Origin: an uncultured virus (IMG/VR IMGVR_UViG_3300025902_000617)
Taxonomy: Duplodnaviria > Heunggongvirae > Uroviricota > Caudoviricetes
Virus record (IMG/VR): IMGVR_UViG_3300025902_000617
Strand: one strand, 5' to 3'
Length of the DNA: 64,000 nt
Of this stretch, positions 18,558 to 27,707 are shown piece after piece. The position numbers and the translations under genes were made by a program. Each line of letters opens with the position of its first letter. Within the stretch, counting starts at the first letter, position 1. The notes under the pieces were generated by a model. That model saw only the letters and a program-made list of their open reading frames with translations. It did not search any database and was not told where the DNA came from.

Positions 18558-19073
18558 TCAGTCGGAGAACCCGATTAATAAAATTACTCCGGCTGCACAA
18601 ACCATTCCAAGCAAAATCTTATTGTTGTCGGATTCGAGCGAAGTCCCAAAAATGAGCGGCATCGTATTTTCTGGTACACCCGGAACCGGGGTTCGATTCT
18701 CGAACACGGTCTCCATAGAATACCTATTTGAATACGAGCACGGTGTCGGTGGCTTTGAAATCACTTGATTATACGTGTAGTTTAAATTGTTATTCATTGT
18801 CCAATCGAGAAAACCATAACCATCGCTACAATATGCATTTCCATGGACACAAGTGAAACTATGGTCTCTCTGCCATTTCCCGTGAACACAACTCCAACCT
18901 ACAACCGGGTCGGTGCTTTTCTTTGCGCCGCATTTCTTTTCTCCTTCCTTGTAGCACCCACCCCAGTCTTTTTGGTATTCCCATTCTGATATTTGCCCAG
19001 ATGCCAACCCCATGAGATCGTAGTCAAAACCCGGGGGCATCGCTTCGATTTTGACTACGGGATCATACACCAT
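18558..19073 (-). CDS. Cys-rich protein with C-terminal membrane anchor
   Basis: WSCVHG/FTCVHG repeats; hydrophobic C-terminus. Confidence 0.65.
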   Translation of the reverse strand: MVYDPVVKIEAMPPGFDYDLMGLASGQISEWEYQKDWGGCYKEGEKKCGAKKSTDPVVGWSCVHGKWQRDHSFTCVHGNAYCSDGYGFLDWTMNNNLNYTYNQVISKPPTPCSYSNRYSMETVFENRTPVPGVPENTMPLIFGTSLESDNNKILLGMVCAAGVILLIGFSD

Positions 19074-19077
19074 AGAA

Positions 19078-20568
19078 TCACTTCGATATTAACAGTACGG
19101 CTATAAGCGCGGCGGCTCCAACGAAAATCGGCGGGATTCCACCGATTCCACCTGCTTCTCCTGCGACCGGAGTTTCTCCGGTTGGGGCGTTGGTAATAAT
19201 TTCGGGAGATCCACCCACCGGCTGGCACTGACCACCTGCAAGTACGCACGTTTGCGAATATTCGCACCACGAATCCCCGCACCCAGTGCAGCACCCGTGC
19301 TCGTCGAGATCCATTACAGAATAACTGCACGCAGATCCCTTCGGTATACAATTCCCGGTAGCTGCACACCAGTCCTGTTCCGTGGAGCATCCGTGCGGAT
19401 CCGGGGTGGGTGTAGTTCCAGTGAGTGTAAGTCCAACCGTGGGACAAATATATCCTTTTACAGCACATTTCTGGTCGGACTCGCACCAAAATTGTTCCAA
19501 TGTCAAATCGCAATTGTGCGCGTCGAGTTCGTGCTTTGTTGATGCGGGGGGTGTGGTCGGACACTCTGCTCCATATGTAAAGCATCTCTGCACAGTATCA
19601 CACCAATGTTCTCCCCCTGTTACATCACATCCGTGTACGTCGAGTACTTGATCTTTTATAACTTCGGGCGGAGGGGTACCTGTAGTACAATCATATCCAC
19701 TTGGGATACATTTCTGTAAAGGTTCGCACCAAGATTGACCCGCTGTCAAATCACAATTGTGCGTGTCGTAGTCGTGAGGTGTCGGTGTAACTGGTACGAT
19801 TGTCTTGGGCTGGATTTTCGGCGGGGGTATTTCTCCCAGCGCTCTACAGTCTGCTACACTATTAACGCACCCATTCGTCGCCGTGCAATATGATTGTCCT
19901 TTCGTCAAATTGCAACCATGCCCGTCAAAAGTATCTTTCGTTACCGGTGTAGTCGAAGTGATAGCGGTTTTCGAAAGAGATATTGGTAACGAATTGCTCA
20001 CCTTCCCATAAACCGTATGAATTTGCACCGGCCTAGTTATTTCTTCTGTAAGCCTGAATGGCGTGGTGATTCTTGTTACTACCATATGGTCATCTTTATA
20101 TGTAACATATGCGTTGTACATGTCACCGAAACTTACTACTGCTGAATCTTTCAAATTGGATCCTAAAATTGTTATCTCTGTTCCAGTCGTATATGGTATT
20201 ACAGTTGGGGAAACTGATGTTATATTGGGTGTCGCTGTATCAAATCTTACAATGCCAGAACTCATATCAACGCTTGTAATAAGACTCCACGGATCATTGT
20301 TAGCTGCGCGTATAGCTTCCATTCGGGCTAGTTCCGCCTCGCTATATTTACTACACGTATTCCCGCCGAGTATGAACATCAGTCCAAAATTGCATTTTCT
20401 ATACGCGGCGTAATTAACCCATTTCCATTCATCTGTTACAGTTGGATCGGTATTTCTCTCGCGTTTGCATACTCCGAGGCCGGTAGATACCCAACCGTCT
20501 TTTGTTAGATCCGCGGCAGTGAGATTCGTAGAGACACTGATGCCCGGCTGAACTACAGTCGTTGTAAT
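19078..20568 (-). CDS. IPT/TIG-domain protein with DxHxC...WC...C repeats and C-terminal anchor
   Basis: PNITSVSP...GTEITILGSNL IPT signature; six Cys-rich repeats; frame stays open upstream to an ATT after a GGGGTG SD (ORF track starts at 20379). Confidence 0.75.
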   Translation of the reverse strand: MTTTVVQPGISVSTNLTAADLTKDGWVSTGLGVCKRERNTDPTVTDEWKWVNYAAYRKCNFGLMFILGGNTCSKYSEAELARMEAIRAANNDPWSLITSVDMSSGIVRFDTATPNITSVSPTVIPYTTGTEITILGSNLKDSAVVSFGDMYNAYVTYKDDHMVVTRITTPFRLTEEITRPVQIHTVYGKVSNSLPISLSKTAITSTTPVTKDTFDGHGCNLTKGQSYCTATNGCVNSVADCRALGEIPPPKIQPKTIVPVTPTPHDYDTHNCDLTAGQSWCEPLQKCIPSGYDCTTGTPPPEVIKDQVLDVHGCDVTGGEHWCDTVQRCFTYGAECPTTPPASTKHELDAHNCDLTLEQFWCESDQKCAVKGYICPTVGLTLTGTTPTPDPHGCSTEQDWCAATGNCIPKGSACSYSVMDLDEHGCCTGCGDSWCEYSQTCVLAGGQCQPVGGSPEIITNAPTGETPVAGEAGGIGGIPPIFVGAAALIAVLLISK

Positions 20569-20657
20569 GATAACACCCCAATAATAATAAATTGCTGGTA
20601 AAGTATTTAAACGTTGTCTATGTAACCTTTATAATCACAGACAGCCAACATGTATGC

Positions 20658-21203
20658 ATGGAAGTGAAATATAAAGCGATATACGCGGATTGTCCTTGGC
20701 AATATGGCAATATAAATACGGGCGGATCTCTATCTTCTGGAAGCGCTTCGAAATATTCTACGATGCCGCTGGAAGAGATATGTTCCATGAACGTCCCGGG
20801 AATAGTGGACAAATCCGGGTGCGTCCTTTTTCTGTGGGCAACAACCCCTCTCCTACCGGACGCGTTCCGCGTTATGGAGCGGTGGGGGTTCTCCTACAAA
20901 ACGAGCGTGTACTGGGATAAACTATCTTACGGTATGGGATACTGGTTCAGAGGACAAGTAGAACAATGCCTCGTCGGGGTATGTGGAAATGTCAAAGCAT
21001 TCAGGAGACAAACTCCAAATATCATAAGAGCAAAGCCCCGCGCACATTCGCAGAAGCCGGAAGAGATATGGAACTTAATCGACCCCGCGCTAAATGATCA
21101 CGGTATATTTCCACGTCTTGAAATGTTCTGCCGCGGAGAACCCAGACCGGGTTGGGATGGGTGGGGATTTGAATGTCAGAACGGTGTGACCTTAAAACTC
21201 TGA
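20658..21203 (+). CDS. MT-A70 family adenine methyltransferase
   Basis: YADCPW, LFLWAT, WGFSYKT, HSQKP, LEMFCR...GWDGWG motifs. Confidence 0.9.
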   Translation: MEVKYKAIYADCPWQYGNINTGGSLSSGSASKYSTMPLEEICSMNVPGIVDKSGCVLFLWATTPLLPDAFRVMERWGFSYKTSVYWDKLSYGMGYWFRGQVEQCLVGVCGNVKAFRRQTPNIIRAKPRAHSQKPEEIWNLIDPALNDHGIFPRLEMFCRGEPRPGWDGWGFECQNGVTLKL

Positions 21204-21355
21204 ATAACATCATTTCAGATATGAAAAGCTCTGCGGTTGGACGATGCCGCGAACGACTCAACGCCGCGCAGAAAAAACACTCTGATACCAGTGGCGAAAT
21301 ATATAAACCGTGCGAAAAAGAAGGGTTTACTTCGAGATTACGACGTGATCACGGG

Positions 21356-21730
21356 TTATAATCTCGCGTATTCCCCATTTTCTACATGATCCATAAGCCT
21401 ATAGATTGCTTCTCCGCTTAATTTCAGACTTCTGCACACAGGGCAGCGCTGGTGATTGACGTGTTCGACCCTCTTCAAAAATTTCCAGAAGCCTTCTATG
21501 ATATCGGTTGAAGTTATTCGAGCTTTCCCGAACGGATCCCAAAGCCCGGAGATTTTGTACCAGTATTCTCCACCCTTTCGTTTTATAATAAGCTCGTAAT
21601 GAGAAACATAGCCATTCGCTGGGGACTTGCGCATTCCCGTAAACGCCACACCGATAACAGCGTCCCCGATGCGAACCTTTATATGCTCGATCATTGGATC
21701 TTCAAGTTCGGCTGGATATGTCCGAGGCAT
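21356..21730 (-). CDS. Hypothetical protein
   Basis: ORF track. Confidence 0.55.
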   Translation of the reverse strand: MPRTYPAELEDPMIEHIKVRIGDAVIGVAFTGMRKSPANGYVSHYELIIKRKGGEYWYKISGLWDPFGKARITSTDIIEGFWKFLKRVEHVNHQRCPVCRSLKLSGEAIYRLMDHVENGEYARL

Positions 21731-21750
21731 TATAATAAATAGTAGCTCTA

Positions 21751-22161
21751 TTAATTAATAAAAGTTTCCTTTGTATCTGTCATTATCTTTTCAACCTTCT
21801 TGATATATTCAACCATCATCTGTTTTGACAGGCCATCTAGACCGTGGAGTTTCTTCTTGTCGGAAACCTCTACAAGTTTGTTACACGTTTCTACACATTC
21901 GCGCAACGAAGCCCCTGTATCTTCAAGCGTAAAAAGATAATAAATCCACCCGTATGGGTTGTGCGGATCCAAATCTGTTACCTGTTTAAAAAACTTCTTT
22001 GCGACGTCGGGATCAAAATCATAAATTTTATACCCCTGCAAAAATAAGCGTGCCGTAGTAAAATGACTAAATCCGCGAAGGCGCTGCTCGCGCGTAATTT
22101 CATCTGTGCTTTCCGATGACACTGCTGAAAATCCCCGCGCGCTCTTCTGGAGTAGACGCAT
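21751..22161 (-). CDS. TPR-like protein
   Basis: AKKFFKQVTDLDPHNPYGW TPR signature; true start uncertain. Confidence 0.65.
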   Translation of the reverse strand: MRLLQKSARGFSAVSSESTDEITREQRLRGFSHFTTARLFLQGYKIYDFDPDVAKKFFKQVTDLDPHNPYGWIYYLFTLEDTGASLRECVETCNKLVEVSDKKKLHGLDGLSKQMMVEYIKKVEKIMTDTKETFIN

Positions 22162-22468
22162 AGTATTTCACAGAAAATTCTGCGCGTTTTATTTGCCTTT
22201 CGTTTCCAGATTCCTTTGCAACCATAAGCCAATCATCGCATAGTTTCTTCAATGTTTCTTCTCCGGGTTTGATGCATTCTTCCATTACTATCATATGGAA
22301 CATGCGCGTATGTGGGTTCTTTGGATCTTTCTCGATAGATGCCTCAAACAGTTTTACTGCTTTTTTCGGGTCTCCCCACCCTGCCTCTGTAAAGCCATCG
22401 TAAAACAAATCGAGCGCCTCTCCGGGTTCAAATCCGTAAAGTTTTCCGAACTCTTCTTTGTCGTCCAT
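22100..22468 (-). CDS. TPR-like protein
   Basis: AVKLFEASIEKDPKNP TPR signature; AGGTGA SD before the ATG at 22468. Confidence 0.7.
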   Translation of the reverse strand: MDDKEEFGKLYGFEPGEALDLFYDGFTEAGWGDPKKAVKLFEASIEKDPKNPHTRMFHMIVMEECIKPGEETLKKLCDDWLMVAKESGNERQIKRAEFSVKYYASTPEERAGIFSSVIGKHR

Positions 22469-22514
22469 GATTCTCTTTTCACCTTCGATAATATACATGC
22501 CGGAGTCGATGCGC

Positions 22515-22760
22515 ACCGATGATCAGTCGGCGGTTGTGGGTCGCTTTCCTCCTCACAATACCATTAAGCGCACAACTCCGGTGGGTATATAGTTGCCGCA
22601 ACCCATTTTCTTCATTGCACGAAACGGGAGCTCATATGACAAACGAGAATCGTTCCGCGCTCTTGGGCAATGGAACCCAACCGCCATTTTGTTTTAGTCC
22701 GCTCCGTGGTGATCAACTCCACTGACAGGGAAGTGCATCTAGGCTTGAACGGATCTTCCA
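22515..22760 (-). ncRNA. Candidate structured leader RNA
   Basis: Nested helices GGCGGTTG/CAACCGCC, CCATTG/TAATGG, AGCGCGGAAC/GTTGTGCGCT downstream of a TTTATTAA box. Confidence 0.45.
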
Positions 22761-22846
22761 GTAACAGTATTGGTATTTCAATTTAATAAAGGTTGCCAAT
22801 CAATTAGTCACCAACCTTTATAATCTTAAAATCCCAATACTTTTGT

Positions 22847-23200
22847 ATGTCGTATATACGAATCGGACATGATCTGGAATGGTTTGAAGATAAATCAGAA
22901 GAATACATTTTCCCACATGTAGATGGGTACGTCGAGGATTATGGTACTGGTTTCGAACACACACCATCTATGATCGAGGCGATTGGTAATATCGTATACG
23001 CAGAGACCAATGATTTCTCATTTGCAACAAAAATTGTTGTGGCACTCGCGTACAAAACTGGTATACAGGACAAACTTAGAAAAAATCAAAACGCCACGAT
23101 GTTTGGGGACAAGTACGCGCAAGAGATTAAACGGTGGTCTTCGTTTTTCACATCACCTAAGCAGCAGAATGAGGAGGATAGCCCCTCCGACAAGATATAA
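22847..23200 (+). CDS. Hypothetical protein
   Basis: ACCTTTATAA box ~25 nt upstream (leaderless-type start). Confidence 0.6.
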   Translation: MSYIRIGHDLEWFEDKSEEYIFPHVDGYVEDYGTGFEHTPSMIEAIGNIVYAETNDFSFATKIVVALAYKTGIQDKLRKNQNATMFGDKYAQEIKRWSSFFTSPKQQNEEDSPSDKI

Positions 23201-23917
23201 CGTGTTATTGTTTTCTCCTTCGCCGTAATCTTCTTCCGCATTCGTTTGGTTTTCAACGATTGGTATGGTTTGATTTGTAACGATTGTAGGCGAGTATGAT
23301 TGCTGATATAATGCGTTTTGCGTAACAGGCGGCTGTTGCCCACAGCCCTCGCGAAAACACGAGCAATTCATATACTTTCTCGAAAGATACATGTAATATT
23401 CACACAAGAGCGGTGCGTGGTTTGCTCCAGTGTCATATGCCATCCCACCTGTCAAAAACCCCGAATAGTGAATCGAATTGTTTATCCGTAAATACTCTAG
23501 GAACTCATCTTTTTCGGTACTATTCATACTGTCTGCTGGGATATAATTCCCAGATTGCGTCTTGTAACAATGTATTATCTCGTGCCAAATCCTAGATCCG
23601 ATCTCAATATCGCCACCTACACTCGGGTCTCCGGAACATATGGCGGCTTGGTAGAATGCCTGCGTGGCCATTCCGCGCGCCGACCTCCATTCGAATCTAG
23701 AATCCTTTAGTGGGGAAACGGTGAGAGTGTACGGTGAAACTGGCATTGGAATTCTTCCGTACTGGTCGTCGTGGTATGTCCACATGTTGTCGAAGGGGGT
23801 TCCGAACACAAATTGAAAACACTTGGGGATACCGGCGGCTGATATCCACCTGCGTATATCGCTTTCGGACACAGACGGATCCAAATTCAAAATCGTCCAG
23901 ACGAAACTTTCAGCCAT
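23153..23917 (-). CDS. Zincin-like metallopeptidase with C-terminal membrane anchor
   Basis: WHEIIH motif; C-terminal LYLVGGAILLILLLR. Confidence 0.7.
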   Translation of the reverse strand: MAESFVWTILNLDPSVSESDIRRWISAAGIPKCFQFVFGTPFDNMWTYHDDQYGRIPMPVSPYTLTVSPLKDSRFEWRSARGMATQAFYQAAICSGDPSVGGDIEIGSRIWHEIIHCYKTQSGNYIPADSMNSTEKDEFLEYLRINNSIHYSGFLTGGMAYDTGANHAPLLCEYYMYLSRKYMNCSCFREGCGQQPPVTQNALYQQSYSPTIVTNQTIPIVENQTNAEEDYGEGENNNTLYLVGGAILLILLLR

Positions 23918-24000
23918 ATCAGTGATAACAATTGGGCGAGCGTATATTTAAATCTTCCCTGTGCGGAAGTATTTTAAGCAAACACGCCCAATGCATATGG

Positions 24001-24246
24001 ATGGATATAAATTTCAAGTTGTTTTTCGTTGCTATATCACTGATAGGCGCCGCGCTAGTCGGTTCTGTCGATTATCGCATACGGATAGCCGGGTTCGCGT
24101 TTTGCATCGTCGGAAACATATACTGGGTGTGGCATCACAAGGAGATAACCCACGATTTCGAAACACTGTTTGTTTTCATAGGATACCTTATAATAAATTG
24201 TATTGCAATTGTAAATAATTTCGGATTAATCTGTGCAATATTCTAA
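24001..24246 (+). CDS. Small three-TM membrane protein
   Basis: Hydrophobic ORF MDINFKLFFVAISLIGA... Confidence 0.6.
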   Translation: MDINFKLFFVAISLIGAALVGSVDYRIRIAGFAFCIVGNIYWVWHHKEITHDFETLFVFIGYLIINCIAIVNNFGLICAIF

Positions 24247-24288
24247 TCGATGGTAATCCTTTTATACTCGCAGGAGAAATTGATAACC

Positions 24289-24858
24289 ATGGCTACGCTA
24301 AATTGGAATGTGAAATTATTGGGCAATTTGTCCGCGCGCGACTTCGCTGTCTGGAAAGAGGTTGCGGGAATACCGTCGTGTTATGTGTTTGAAGTATCGG
24401 ATGGAAGCTCTGCCGGATGCTCAACTACCGGTAAGGACGAGAAATGCAATACGTGCACAAATTTGATTGGAACCGGGGCGCCTATCCCGGAGGAAGACAA
24501 TACTATTATTGTGGCCGGGAGAGACGATTATAATCTTTTCGAGCCGTACTGCTTTGAAGGTCATAAGATCACAATGAATACCGAATTCTCCGACTACAAC
24601 ACCGGAACGAGAATGCTATCACTTATGATGAATACCGACGGTTTACTTGATAAGGATGTCATAGAAACTCTCCAGCAGAAGGTAGACATGACGAAATGGA
24701 TCAAAGAAAACCACAAGGAAGCCGCGGCGTTTATCGATGATATAGACAAATATACCGACGGCGGTGGATACCTTAATGATTCCAACGAAGCGGTAATACT
24801 TGAAAATGCCATATGCAAATATGTATTGACAACTCTCGGGATATATAAACCTTCATGA
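24289..24858 (+). CDS. Paralogue of the 23153..23917 zincin lacking HExxH
   Basis: W..AGIP.C..F shared; GTRMLSLMMN aligns with GSRIWHEIIH. Confidence 0.6.
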   Translation: MATLNWNVKLLGNLSARDFAVWKEVAGIPSCYVFEVSDGSSAGCSTTGKDEKCNTCTNLIGTGAPIPEEDNTIIVAGRDDYNLFEPYCFEGHKITMNTEFSDYNTGTRMLSLMMNTDGLLDKDVIETLQQKVDMTKWIKENHKEAAAFIDDIDKYTDGGGYLNDSNEAVILENAICKYVLTTLGIYKPS

Positions 24859-25082
24859 ACTCAAATCTCGTATTTAAGGACGGTATACAATTTCCAATGG
24901 CTCGCACGGTCTTACTGTTTTTGTTGTACGGGGATTCCATAGAGACAGAGCTTGAAGCGGTTTCCTTCAAATGCGAGAGATATCGTCGTGATGCACTGTG
25001 GACGGCATCATACTTGGAAGATTGCCTTAGCATGAAAGAGTTATGGGATGAAAAGAGGGATAATTTCCTGTTAAATCTTTAA

Positions 25083-25526
25083 TTATTTGGTGTTTTTAAG
25101 GCCATCGATGCGGTACAAATCCCAAGTGTTCCAGACCATGCGTTGGCGCGCGACCTTTTCAAATTCGTTGTAAAAAGTAATTTCTTCGTTTCCGAGATCT
25201 ACAATTGTCATCGGAGAGCCATACGTATTGACATATCTTTCCAGAAAAACATGAATTAATTTTCCATATTCCATATATAGGCATTCCGACGCGCAATCGC
25301 TGACTCTGGGCATTAGTGACATTACATATTCCGGGCTGAAATTGTTATTCAGCACCATCTGCTTAAGATCGCACACGCACCCTGTCCCAAACAAATCGCT
25401 GGATATAACATTAAACTCGTTGAGGTTCTCGTTCACGAATTGTCTCCACTGGTACAGTAAATCGTCGAAGTCGGAGAACTGCTCAGCCGGTTCACCTTCT
25501 ACCAAGTCGTATTCAGTATATAACAT
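25083..25526 (-). CDS. Hypothetical protein
   Basis: ORF with TTTATAAG box upstream. Confidence 0.6.
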   Translation of the reverse strand: MLYTEYDLVEGEPAEQFSDFDDLLYQWRQFVNENLNEFNVISSDLFGTGCVCDLKQMVLNNNFSPEYVMSLMPRVSDCASECLYMEYGKLIHVFLERYVNTYGSPMTIVDLGNEEITFYNEFEKVARQRMVWNTWDLYRIDGLKNTK

Positions 25527-25587
25527 TTAACACCACTCTATCTCTGAATATGATTCTACGTCCATCCTTATAAATGTTATCATAAAA

Positions 25588-25779
25588 CTATCCCTCCGGT
25601 TTCTCTGGCTTTGGAAGCATAAACATGATAAAGCCTAGGAATACGAAAAACAATACCCCGGATATACCACTCGACATTTCTGGTGTCTGCGTTCTTTTCA
25701 CGTTTGCCATAAATAGCAACATGATAAGAGCAATAATTGCAGTGACTATACCCGCTTTGCCCATAGTTAGTTTCCACAC
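25588..25779 (-). CDS. Small two-TM membrane protein
   Basis: Two hydrophobic segments and a charged C-terminus. Confidence 0.55.
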   Translation of the reverse strand: MWKLTMGKAGIVTAIIALIMLLFMANVKRTQTPEMSSGISGVLFFVFLGFIMFMLPKPEKPEG

Positions 25780-27707
25780 TCCGACTCTTCGTCTTCGTAT
25801 ACAATCGGAATTTTTTTCTTGTTTTTCAGACTTTTCTTAACAGCTTCTACGGTTTTGTTTCGCTGCGTTTCGAGAAACTGTTTCTCTTCTACTTCCTTTA
25901 TCCGTGCTTTTATATATGCCGCCCTCATTTTCATAAACTTCCTAGCGGTGTCTGGAGATAAACCATCCTTAACATTTTCCCAAAGCTCGAATTCTGGCAT
26001 ACTCCCGGAAACGAAATCTGTGAACACGTCGTCTTCAAGCATCCCGTATTCATAACCGGACACCATCCCATACGAAGCGAGATGTTCACGCTTTGACTTA
26101 AATCTTTCATCTTCTATTCTCGATCTCTCGGTGAGCCTAGAATCTATCGTGTATGGCTGTTCGTCCTGCGACTGATACATCACAAATGTATTGCGTCCTT
26201 TTATACACTGGTCGAAGAACCACCTCTCGATCTGGCTCGTATTGAACAATTGCACGAGCTCCTGATAGGTCATTAGATTTGTAACATAATCTACAAAAAT
26301 TTCGTCTTCGAGCGTGTATTTGAGATAACCAGATCGTATTCCAAGTTCTTCGAGCTCGTCGTGCCCGAATGTTGTATCTCTTCCGGCGTCAGATTCGTTC
26401 TGAAACGCGCGCATAACACTAATTTTTCTCTCTTCGTCTTCTTCTTCCTCTATATCGAATCCCTCTTCTTCCTCTTCCCAGCGACTCCTCGCATCCATCT
26501 GACTTGATTCGAATGTCTCCGCATAGCTCTCGCGCGCAAGTTTCTCGTCTATCCCGATATGGTATTCTTGTTTAGTAAGCATGCCCTCTGCAAGCATGGC
26601 GTCCCACTCTTCGTCGTAAATAGCGCCTTCTGCATAAGATTCTATGAGTTCGTCCGCAGATTCTACGCGATCAGGATCGGCCTTTGGAAGCTTGTGCTTC
26701 TTTCCATTTCCATATTCGCTCCCGTACTTAATTTTGCATTTTTGCATTGTTCTTTTCTGTTTGCGTGACAACCACGTGTCGGACACGTAATGACCCTTGT
26801 TCCCAAACGAATAATATTTGGAATATCCGCCACCGTAGTAATCCCCACGGTATGCCGCATATTCTCTTTTCTGCCAGTCCTTCGGGGCACTTGCTATAGC
26901 TTCTTCAAGTACTTGTTTATTTTCTATAGCATTTTTCACAGATAACATCACGCGATATAATTCTTCTACGTATATAAAATCCTTCGACGTGTGCGGATTG
27001 TAATACCCGGAAGAAAGATTTACCGCGGGCTTGTACTTTGCTAAAACGTACGTATCGGCATACGTCCCGTTAGTATCTTCGAATTCTACCCCCATTGGCT
27101 TTGAAATCTCTATGAATTTTTTAACGAACGCGTCTGGAGCCAACGTCAACCCACAGTAATTTGATATAAGATCCTTCCCTCCCATGCGATCTATGGTGAT
27201 TGTAAATGCAACATCGTCAAGCTCTTTCGGATCCAGTGCCTCTGCCCCGATGCTCCCAACTTCTTCTTCGCTTGTAAATATGATCTTCATTGGAAGATCT
27301 GTATAAAGCGCAAGTGTAAGTCCGACCGCAATACCACACTTATCATCACCGCCTATCATGGCGCGCCCATTTGTGTGGAAGGTATCGCGAACCCAATCAT
27401 AAAAAACCACATTTCCTATGATCTCATCTGATGCTTTTTGAACGGTATCTGTATGCGCGTTGATGCAAACGAGTGTATCCGTTTCTGATGTTTTTCCTCT
27501 GGATGCGATCACATTCTGCATGGCGTCTATAGATACCGAGAACCCGGCTTTGGTAAGCGCAACGAATGAGTAGTCTATTATGTTTTCTGCATGCCCAGAA
27601 GGACAATAAAATCTGGCCAGATCGTCCAATACGTTTATCAATTCATATTTAAGTGGTTTTCTCGACATTACAGTCTGGAGGAATCTACTAGCAACACGCT
27701 TAAACAT
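25767..27707 (-). CDS. M28/M20-family zinc peptidase with long acidic C-terminal extension
   Basis: AHTDTV, GGDDKCG, SEEEVG, IDR and YYNPH metal-ligand motifs. Confidence 0.85.
   Translation of the reverse strand: MFKRVASRFLQTVMSRKPLKYELINVLDDLARFYCPSGHAENIIDYSFVALTKAGFSVSIDAMQNVIASRGKTSETDTLVCINAHTDTVQKASDEIIGNVVFYDWVRDTFHTNGRAMIGGDDKCGIAVGLTLALYTDLPMKIIFTSEEEVGSIGAEALDPKELDDVAFTITIDRMGGKDLISNYCGLTLAPDAFVKKFIEISKPMGVEFEDTNGTYADTYVLAKYKPAVNLSSGYYNPHTSKDFIYVEELYRVMLSVKNAIENKQVLEEAIASAPKDWQKREYAAYRGDYYGGGYSKYYSFGNKGHYVSDTWLSRKQKRTMQKCKIKYGSEYGNGKKHKLPKADPDRVESADELIESYAEGAIYDEEWDAMLAEGMLTKQEYHIGIDEKLARESYAETFESSQMDARSRWEEEEEGFDIEEEEDEERKISVMRAFQNESDAGRDTTFGHDELEELGIRSGYLKYTLEDEIFVDYVTNLMTYQELVQLFNTSQIERWFFDQCIKGRNTFVMYQSQDEQPYTIDSRLTERSRIEDERFKSKREHLASYGMVSGYEYGMLEDDVFTDFVSGSMPEFELWENVKDGLSPDTARKFMKMRAAYIKARIKEVEEKQFLETQRNKTVEAVKKSLKNKKKIPIVYEDEESECGN

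Noticed and set aside
22660..22725. Fluoride riboswitch on the plus strand (GGCAATGG...AACCGC...TGATCAACTCC)
   Set aside because: The P1 and pseudoknot pairings required by the family do not form, and no fluoride exporter follows.
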